Below, in pieces: positions 54,142 to 64,000 of a DNA stretch of 64,000 nt. This DNA is from Tubiluchus corallicola. Its lineage: Eukaryota; Animalia; Priapulida. Location: the NCBI GenBank assembly GCA_030141605.1, contig JAQGDQ010000624.1:61102-125101 (forward strand). The letters run 5' to 3'. The notes beneath the pieces are model-generated. The model was not told the DNA's origin, searched no databases, and saw nothing but the letters and a program-made list of their open reading frames with translations. Each line of letters opens with the position of its first letter. Position 1 is the stretch's first letter. The position numbers and the translations under genes were made by a program.

Positions 54142-56450
54142 GCCCGCAGGATTAGGATCTATTTCCTTTTTACGAAATAGTACGATATGAGCATCTTTCT
54201 CAGAATGGAAGAAATTAAAATACGCACAACAAAATCCTGTATGACCATTAAAAATAATTTCAATATTTTTTTTATTCATTACCTACAATTCAACAATAGA
54301 ATATACTAAACCGCTGCAACCCCAAAAAGCGATTTATGTTACAATTATTGGGTAATCCAATGTTCCCAAAATGCTTGTACTGAAAATCCACATAGACGAG
54401 CTGACAAAGCTGCTTATTTGCCACGGAAACATTGGCGCATATTAGGTATCATAACAGCATGTATTATAGTAATTGGACAAACAGAATCAGCTCAGTTTAG
54501 CGTAGCCAGTTACGTCATAGTCAGTCATGATCTAGGATTCTTAATGAAATGCATGTCTCCTACGCGCGTAATTCATTATTAAATATATGAGGAAATATGC
54601 CTGCAATAATGCTCTACATAATGGCACATTCTTATAAATGTCCTTCACATTTTTCAGTTAAACCCTTTACATTTTCTTTCGCTGACTATGTACAGGACTA
54701 CTTCTTAAAGTGCACACCAAAACGGAAACGCTCTATAGTGTACTAGCAGAGACCTTTATAGGCATCAAGATCGCTGAACACTGAACATGTGTCTTAGTTA
54801 AATTCTGGATAAATCAATCTGTTTTTAGTGTAAATTTTAACTTTTAAATGGCACTTCTATGTGCTGAAATATACTTTAGATAAATAAAAAATCATCCATT
54901 TACTAAAGAGGCCCAGCACTGCTTAACGTTGTAGCCAAGCACAAATTTTCATCCCTCAACTATATACCTCGCCTTAAAAGCCCAAACACATTATAACTCG
55001 ACCTCAAACTCGGTAACCTGATGAACAAAAAGGGAGATAAATGACCTAAGTGATCATGGACAAGTCGTTTATAAGCGGTTTAACGGCTAAACTAAAAACT
55101 ACTTCAACGAACAAACACACGCACTCAATGGGAATTACTCAGAATTCAGTTTGAAAAACTTTAGGTTTAGTTGTCACTGTCACCAGCAGATGTCAGTTAC
55201 AGCACGGCATTTACTTGTGCATTTTACTTGTTTTGCACGCCTGTGGTGCAGTGAACCCTCACTTGATGCATACAGCAACACCATTCTTCCAGCACCCCCC
55301 CCCCAACTCCTTCAGGACCGCACCATTCAAAATAGGTCTTATAAGACCTATAACTTTTCTGCTACTGTATGAGCATAGACATGACTAAATGATTACAAAT
55401 TAGGTAATGTTCTATTCAGGAGAATCTTGGCGATCCATTTATAAGTCATTTAATTGGATTAAATTAAGAAAAACACGCCCATTTCAGGCACTCCAACTTA
55501 GCCTATTGACTAGTTTAGTTTGGCGTACATTTGCGTGATCGTACACACTACTTTATTTATAATCTGCTTGCTTACAGACCAAAAGAACTGTCTGCTGTAC
55601 AGAGTTCCAGGAAAAACCAACCGATCAACCAAAGAGAAATTAAGGTCTCACCTTTTAGCAGGAATTTCTCCTTAAAAATAGAGTAGACCAAAGTGTATAG
55701 ACTAAATTGAGGCCAAAGTGTATCAGAGTGTTGTGTCTGGATAGTTGAAGTTTTCTGCATTAGCCGATTTCACACAAGTGATACTGTACATTGTTACAGT
55801 ACAAACACTGTAGTCACTGAAAGCTTTTTCAAATTTTTCGTCAATCATCGATTTCTAATTTGTCTAAGGCAAATCATTACCTTACCTATAAGTACCTAAG
55901 GTAAGCAAATGTATTTCACATGTAATCCATTGTGTGTGGAGTAGAAACCTACAAAAATTATCAAATATAACGCAGTCGCTGCTTAGTGAGAGTAGTTTTT
56001 CATGAACCCATGCAAAATGCAGCAAACGCTTACGGTCCTGGATGAGTTAAATGTTCATACATCAAAATGCTTTAAAAGTGATTGTAAAGTGATTGTACTG
56101 TAACAGTTTCTTGAAGATTGACCTATATATTACATGATGTTCTGAGTCTCGTATAACTGATTATTGCCATTTATGGCTGCTCAGTGTTAAAGAAGACTGA
56201 CACCGTAAACGATGTTACGTGCACAATACCATAATCTTTCAAATCTACAAAATTTCAAGGTTAATTTTTATAGCTTTACATAAAAATTCTCTTTTCTTGT
56301 CCTTTAAGGTTCTCACACATAGATACTTTGGGTAGAATCTGAAACGAATAAGTACAAAATTGCTTATATTCATCTAAACGTATCAAATTTTAGTGTGGGA
56401 GAACCCTCAACAGAAACGTATCAAATTTTAGTGTGGGAGAACCCTCAACA

Positions 56451-56966
56451 GAAAACTGGACGATTGATCAGATTCAATCTCATTTTAATTTGCTGTCCAA
56501 AATATACATTTTCTTATCTACAAAAATTAGCAATTGTTTTTTATATTTGAATAATTAACTTGAAAATGAACACAGCTATCGCTTACGTCACAAACTGACC
56601 ACGACTTATGCAATGGTAGGCATCTTTCTTGCACGTCAAACACATACAAAGACGCTGATGTGATGTCATGAAAATCAGCAGTACGTCACACTGTCGTCGC
56701 AAACAAACACTGCAGTTCGTGATCATGCTTAGTCGGTACCGCACCTATTTGTCGGCAACGTGAATGTGTCCAAAAGGCGCCATTACCAGTCTTAGTGGAT
56801 TTGCTGAGCAGCGCGCAGCTTTGAAAGTTTAACAAAATCTAACTATCCGAGGTGATTATTATTTAATCTAAGTTTTGATTTAAAAAAAGCCTTCGTAGTT
56901 TTCAATATTTTACAGCATACCTTATTTTGAACTAATGTCTACACAACCGACAGGTTTTGCTTCAAA
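56451..56966 (+). mobile_element. MITE family D copy
   Basis: Homologous to 14407-14922. Confidence 0.8.
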
Positions 56967-57599
56967 CATTCAAAACGCCATGCCATGTCTATTGTATTAA
57001 AACAAGTAACACATTTTTAAACATGTTAATCTTGTTTTTCTGACCTTTTTAATCGGATTTTTATCCTCGACGTTATTTGTGGACTGTTTGCACAACTAAA
57101 AGGTAAATCGGTTAAAAACCTACAAATTTTCTTTTTTAACAAGTATTAGTTATATGCGCCTGCACAATGCTGACGTCTTTTAATAATAAATGAATTTTTC
57201 CAAACAAAATGAAAAGACTGACGTATAATTGTTAAGCAGGTATTCGTACCATAATGCAAGGTGAATGGGAACATTCAATATACTAAAAGGAAATGTGCAA
57301 TGAAATCATTCAGTTGCACAGAACGCTGAACTGCTCTGTCCCATTAAAAATACGTCATCAGCAAGTTACAAAAACCCAGCGTACAGGGTGCAACAAAACA
57401 AAATCGCGGTTATCATACAAACGAAATCGGGTGTAACCAAAAGCTAGAATTTTAGCATCAGTAAAAGATTTGTTTTAAATATGTAATGAGCACAAAAACT
57501 TAGTGGTTGCACACATTCATTTACAGTTGTCTCGCTAAAATTAATAAGGCGCGCACTTTCCATCTAGTGCACAACTAATTGGCATTAGCAGACATGTGT

Positions 57600-58375
57600 G
57601 ATATACAGTAATCCCACCAATGTCAGTAATGCTAGTACTTTTCATCTCGTGTGCAACTATTTGGAGCTTGCAGACAAGTTTCTGATGCAGTAATCCCACC
57701 AATGTCAGTAATGCTAGTACTTTTCATCTCGTGTGCAAGTATTTGGAGCTTGCAGACAAGTTTCTGATGCAGTAATCCCACCAATGTCAGTAATGCTAGT
57801 ACTTTTCACCTCGCGTGAAACTATTTGGAGCTTGCAGACAAGTTTCTGATGCAGTAATCCCACCAATGTCAGTAATGCTAGTACTTTTCACCTCGCGTGA
57901 AACTATTTGGAGCTTGCAGACAAGTTTCTGATGCAGTAATCCCACCAATGTCAGTAATGCGAATACTTTCCATCCATTCACTGCAACTACTTGATGCTCA
58001 CGGACAATCCCACCAATGTCAACAATGCTAGTACTTTTCATCTCGTGTGCAACTATTTGGAGCTTGCAGACAAGTTTCTGATGCAGTAATCCCACCAATG
58101 TCAGTAATGCTAGTACTTTTCACCTCGCGTGAAACTATTTGGAGCTTGCAGACAAGTTTCTGATGCAGTAATCCCACCAATGTCAGTAATGCGAATACTT
58201 TCCATCCATTCACTGCAACTACTTGATGCTCACGGACAATCCCACAAATGTCAACAATGCTAGTATTTTACACCTCGCGTGCAACTATTTGGAGATTGCA
58301 GACACGTTTCATTTAAATCCCACCAATGTCAATAGTGCGAATACTTTCCACATAGTGTGCAACTACTTGGTGTTT
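57600..58375. repeat. 82-bp minisatellite with a 68-bp variant forming a 232-bp higher-order repeat
   Basis: cagtaatcccaccaatgtc at 57606, 57688, 57770, 57852, 57934, 58084 and 58166; variant unit follows 57934 and 58166. Confidence 0.95.
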
Positions 58376-58806
58376 GCAAACTAGTTTTTTTATATAGTGA
58401 AACCAGGTGGCAATGCATTATAATAGCAACGTAAAATGTGCAACGTTTTGCTAGTAAAACGGATATAAACTTGCCTCCAACCATTATGTTGATTACTGAG
58501 GCTCTCGACGTAGAAACGCATTGATAAAACACACACGTCAACTTCTCTGCAGTTACTTCACAGCAACATATGCTGCTTCTCATGTTTTTCACCCGGGCAT
58601 CCTATCTGTGAAATTGGGTATCACAAAATTATTTTCCTGATAAAAACAATTTCATTTATTTTAAGAAAAATGTTAGCCGTTAGCTCCTGTCATTAGCAAA
58701 CTAATTATAGGAATTTAATTTTTCTGTCGCAAAGCAGTTTGCATTTGCATATCTCTACTGTAGGCTGTTGCACTGAGTGGACACTCACTTTGTGAGAGAC
58801 GATTTC

Positions 58807-59237
58807 TTAAAGGACAGAACAATTTTTATATCCTACGTGGTCCTATCCCATTCTGAAATATGGTAAAAGGTATACACTTTAACGCCTATAATAATGTCAA
58901 AGCGTTTCTGATAATTAAATAATAGGTACATTAGGTAAGTCGCAGAACTTTGAATTAGTTTAAGCAACGTGGCTTACGGAAAGCCACGACGCGCTTACAG
59001 AAAGTCACGAAGACTCCCAGTTACGTCATGATTTTCAAGTGAATGGCGGCAACCACTACGCCTGTAAATTTCTATTCAGAGATAGTATATTATAAATTTA
59101 TGCTTTACAGGCAGAATTTGTAAATTTCTTTGTTATATTTTTCAGCGATATTTAAGTTATATGTTATGTTTAAGTTTAAGTTTAAGTGATAACAGTAAAA
59201 TAGACCCAACATACTGAGCGACTTGTTCTTTCCTAAC
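58807..59237. mobile_element. Chimeric MITE: family B terminus joined to the family A right half
   Basis: 58807-58927 matches the B right end (inverted); 58929-59237 matches the A right half. Confidence 0.75.
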
Positions 59238-59686
59238 TAAATGCAAACTTTCCTGGTAACCATTAAAGCATTCCCTATAGTCCAGAATGAGCACGCATAA
59301 AACTATACAATCCACAATCCTCGTACCACTTCATTCCTCGCAATTTAATTTGTCGCCTCTTTCCCAGCCTCTGCTCGACCATTTTACCTGTCCCTAAATC
59401 ATATTAGAGGCAAACTGAACGAGGCAGATTGATGTTGGCAGGCCTTCACTAATCGCTTGAAGCAGTACATCAGCAACGTTGAGTAAATTACTGCAGCCCT
59501 TTCACTTTCCTCCTCTTCCCATTCCGAGACGTCAAACGTAATAGCTAGCATATAATACTACAGACTCGTTAGGAGAATCTATAGTGGTGGATGAAATCAG
59601 AATTTCAACCTTTTAACTAACCTAAGTTGCAGTTTTTAAAATTAATTGTAACTGTTGAGAATGGATTGCCACCAGTCAATAAATTT

Positions 59687-59735
59687 ACTGCTACTGCTGT
59701 TGCTACTACTACTACTGCTACTGCTACTGCTACTG

Positions 59736-59770
<35 letters not shown>

Positions 59771-59846
59771 ACTGCTACTGCTACTGCTACTGCTACTGCT
59801 ACTGCTACTGCTACTGCTACTGCTACTGCTACTGCTACTGCTACTG

Positions 59847-59904
<58 letters not shown>

Positions 59905-59930
59905 AGCTACTGCTACTACTATTACTATAT
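59687..59930. repeat. Compound (GCT)n/(GCTACT)n/(ACT)n microsatellite
   Basis: Seen directly; source of the ORFs at 59617-60000. Confidence 0.97.
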
Positions 59931-59949
59931 TCTTTTTGAGCAAGACGCA

Positions 59950-60816
59950 TGCACGCCACGATATTCGATAGATTTTAACGCATAAATCGAGAGCTAACAT
60001 GGGCCTATTGTCAACACTACCATCTATAACTCACACTCAAACTTTTTACTCAAAATAAGTCATTCTTTCGCTCCTTCATTCACTTACAAATCTGCGATCT
60101 CGCGGCCAGACGCATGTCAAAATAGTTCTCTGCCTGCCTGTATTTTAGCACCATGTCTGCAATGTTTGCCCAAACACAAAATACTTTGAACGATTTTCAA
60201 TTAAAGAGCGTTTCGCAAACACTGTAACAGAAGAAAACTGGCCACTAATAAATCAATATATATTTTAATCAGAAACTAATAAAACCATAAAATGAAACAG
60301 GACAAATTGTACAAGAAAACAACGACAACAGATCTTCCTGTGAGTAATTCATTATTTACGTAAATAAAATTTGATAGGCCTAACACTTTCTACACGCGCC
60401 TAAATATACAAATATAAATAAATATAAATAAATGGAAGGAGCTTGCAATTCCATACACAATTTAAATACCCTAACCCAACCCTAATCCTAATCCGCTTCA
60501 GGGACTAATTTCTTGTGTGTGGGGAATTGTAAACTTTAGCCAAATAAATTTTACTTAGGCACACATTGCAGATATCCTGCTTAAAATGGAGGCAAACAGA
60601 GAACTATTTTTACAAGCATGTGGTCGCGAGATGGCAGATTTGTAAATGAATGAAGAAATGAACGAATGACTTATTATGAGTAGGTTTCAAATTTGAATAC
60701 AGGTTTGAGAAGGCTGCGTTGGATAGACGGCGTGAAAAAATGGCGTGGATAGACCCACACCACCTCTCGATTTAATGCGTTAATATCTAGCGAATGTTGT
60801 GAAAATTTGGCGTGCA
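59950..60816. mobile_element. Foldback element with about 200-bp imperfect inverted arms, containing a nested telomere-repeat MITE
   Basis: 59950-60150 (tgcacgcca...ttacaaatctgcgatctcgcg...aaaatagttctctg) is inverted at 60578-60816. Confidence 0.78.
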
Positions 60817-61504
60817 AAAAAAGTGTACATCTGTCAGCAACGCAACAATTTTGATTTCCATTTAGCTGTAAAATGTTCAGTAACTATCAAGGGAAAGACG
60901 TACGACAAAAAATTAATAAAAACCAAGAAAATACATTTAATATTTTTAATTTTTTCTTACTCGATAAGATTTTAATTAAAACGAACCCTTTTATTTCTCA
61001 TTTCCCCACGAACAGAACACGAAGTTAATTAACATGACTTTACTTTTATAAAAAGGCACTGTCATCACTGTTTTCAGAAGTTGTAACGCAGTATCAATCA
61101 GTATTGCACAATTTTGCAAAGTTTTGGTAGAAAATAAAAAGTTTGATATTAGATGGATACAACTATAATTTTTCACCTGCAATCATCAGTTCATAACACA
61201 TATTAAAAATGCCTCATAAATTTTAACATACTTTCTGCATTACGCCATATTAACCATGTTAAATGAGGTTTGGTTAAATATATCGGAAATAGGCAATAAC
61301 GAATCACTATGCGCTAAATATGCCATATATAGCACGTAGATTTTACACAAATCCGGATTTTCCTCAGGCTGTCTATCTACACATTTTTTCAGTTTCAATT
61401 TCCTGCAGGAACGTTAACTGAATGCATGCTATCACTACCAAATCAATTATAGGAAATCTATTTCACTTTTATACCTTTTCTTATCGACCTCTTTTCTTTT
61501 ATGC

Positions 61505-61837
61505 TTAAAATTCAAACTTAAAATCTACCGCTGTGCTCACGCATGAGCTCCAAAGCATGTGCACTACGTTATAACTGAACACCTCTAAACTGAGAGGTAC
61601 AGCACCTGTTCTTGTGGAAACTGTTTTCGAACTGCAGGCGCTAGCACCTATCTAACTAGCGAAAGGCGAAATGCATGTAACAGCAAAGAATTAGTCGCGA
61701 GAAAGTTTAAATACGATTATGTGGTAATAATTCTTTCATTCTTTCATTCTTGAAAAAACAACAGTGTTTATTTTCAACAATTTGTGAGGTAGATTGTTTT
61801 GAACTATAGCTTAAGATTGAGCCCGGTTTACCTTTAA
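61505..61837 (-). mobile_element. MITE family B, partial copy
   Basis: ...gaggtacagcacctg...taagattgagcccggtttacct-TTAA. Confidence 0.8.
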
Positions 61838-63535
61838 AGAAAGGCAAAGTTTCGCTTGTCCCATATTTCCAAAAAAAGCATCAACAAGAAGCTAATCACG
61901 TCATTCTTAACACAGCAGTGGATAACAAACCGAATGAAAGTAATCATTGAATGACATTAGAATCTCTCTTTGGCATTTAAGAAATTTGATAATTTATCAA
62001 AACGCACATAATAGGGCAATTAAAACTTTGATTTATAAGAGACCTCCCGCAATGCATTCGGAGCTAAGAAATTCGGTTGTCATAGTAACCAAGAATAATT
62101 GATACTCGTTATTGTTGCTGTGAAAGTAAAGCGATTTTAGATGGACAGGAACTTGTATGGGTAATAATTTATTACTAAATCCTATGCATATTGGCTTGCT
62201 ATCACTTATACCTGATACAACAGTAAAGCTGAAAGAGAAAAGAATTATAATGGGATCCATTTACGACCTCTTAGCTAAACACTTTCTAATTTTCAGTTTT
62301 TTTTTGTTTTTAAAAAACCACATCAGTGATTCATAAAATTTCACTGCAAGCAGGCCGCATCTTATTAATTAATAAGCCTCTAAGTGTATAACTGATGCAT
62401 TCCAATAAATAAGAGTCCCAGGTTCGATTCGCACCGTGGGTATAGTTTTTACTGCTCCCAGTTTCCAGTTACATTGAGCCAACTTCTTTAGGCAAAGTCC
62501 GCTGACATTTTGCCCAAACTAACACACAGCCATGATTTCGACACTGGAGCCCAGATCTTCTTATGTTTTCTACTTGGCTTTCTTTTGCGGGCTTCTTTCA
62601 ACAAAAAATTGTATGAAAATAATTATTTCACAGCAGAAAGCTTTTATCTCAACGATCTCTGTTTCCCCACAAAGTACAAATTACACTTGACTCATACTCA
62701 AACAGGACTTCAGTAAGTTTTGAGAAATATGACTCTCTGGCGCCATCTCGGGTCAGCATTCCAAACTACTTCAAAGATAAATTTTGGGCATCAATTATAC
62801 GACATAATTATAAAACAGATCAATAAAGGAAAAACTGAAAAGAATTAATCAGTTTTGTTGTAAAAACTTCGATAGTTTTGATAAAAGCTTCTAAACACAA
62901 CACAACCACAGAAGTTGACACACTTCCAACGATATTCGAACCAACTGGTAATTTAAATTCTTGCTAAAACTCTTCCGTGGTTTTATACTTTCGCGCGCTT
63001 TAACTACCAAACTACTCTAGCTATTACTTTTTAAGCATAATTTTTATTACATTTCTGAAAAGTGATTTTAGGGGTTCAAAAGTGCTAATGTCTGAAAAGC
63101 ATCTTCAGACGAATTCAAACGAATTTTTGCACATTTTTCACGTTGCTTTTGTGCAGTATTAGAATTATACTTAAAAGGCAAGAACATGTTTTTCTTTTTA
63201 AGTTTTTCTAGCAAACTAGACTTCAAAAGATCAAAAGACGAAAGACAAAGACACTTGAGATTTATTTACCGTCGCTCATTTAGCAGACAACGTTAGCACG
63301 AAGTGAAATAATAGAAAAGGTATTTGTCACAAAGGGATGTAACATGTGCTATTTTCCACGTTTCCTCTACGGCGCAATTAGTACAATATCTGTGTTATAC
63401 GCAGAGGGTCCCACTGAAGTTTGGTTTCCTGATTAGAAGAGAATATAATGCGGCTTATATGGTTTAATCAATCAACTTCAGCTCCTGTGAAGGTTAGTAG
63501 CGCTTCACTATTGAATGAAAGTCACAAAGACTTTG

Positions 63536-64000
63536 CTAAAGGGAAACTGGACCCAAACTTAAACTATAGCTGGTAACCAATCTGCGCTATGAAATATTGA
63601 AAGGGAACACACCATTTGTTAAAGGATTTACATGAAAAATTTATTACGACAAAAACCTAATTTCAAGTTAGATGGGCATTAGCGTCTGCATCTCGGAAAC
63701 GTGCACAAAACACAGGCACTGTACCTCCGAGTTGAAATGCAGTTCGGCTGTGATGGGCCACACATGTTTGAGAGCTCATGCGTTAGCATGGCGGCAAACT
63801 TGAAATTCATATTTATAAACGTATATCACACTGAATGTTGCACAGTACCATTGCACTTCAATTTCTGCTTTCGCAAACACGTGCAACACGCTCATGGAAT
63901 GTTTGTGCTGCTAAAAATTATGTTCACTGTGATGTCATCACTATTTGGACTCGCTCGCCATTACTAAACTTTATAGCCTATTAGTTAATTATTAGAAACA
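63536..64000 (+). mobile_element. MITE family B, diverged copy running off the window
   Basis: ctaaagggaaactggacccaaacttaaact...ctgtacctc...gtgatgtcatca. Confidence 0.78.

Noticed and set aside
57600-58375. CRISPR array (also considered for 24470-25008 and 20640-21300)
   Set aside because: Units are repeated in full with no unique spacers, no cas genes are present, and the context is eukaryotic.

Overview
AT-rich eukaryotic (most likely invertebrate animal) genomic DNA. It is not prokaryotic: there are no operons, no long genuine ORFs and no CRISPR array. Almost all ORF-track entries are microsatellite, minisatellite or transposon artefacts. Reading splice signals by eye gives one phase-consistent multi-exon gene model on the minus strand, of which the ORF track shows only fragments: 7 coding exons from 45901 to 19631, 668 nt, about 222 aa, 3' end unresolved. 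It encodes a probably disordered basic/Ser-rich protein with several RRxS-type motifs and an RVxF-type PP1-docking motif. There is also a possible terminal exon of a convergent plus-strand gene at 10728-10855. The rest is intron/intergenic DNA densely filled with non-autonomous DNA transposons: at least five TTAA-AGG (Kolobok/T2-like) MITE families with over 20 copies, plus Harbinger-like, hAT-like and long-TIR foldback elements. It also holds decayed CR1/L2-group LINE ends, a Tc1/mariner relic, tRNA- and 5S-derived SINE fragments, and many micro- and minisatellites. I found no evidence of a new multi-gene system. The best leads are the orphan gene, its possible dual-frame exon, and several unusual rearrangements at MITE ends. 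All calls are by-eye; no alignments or database searches were run and boundaries of decayed repeats are approximate.
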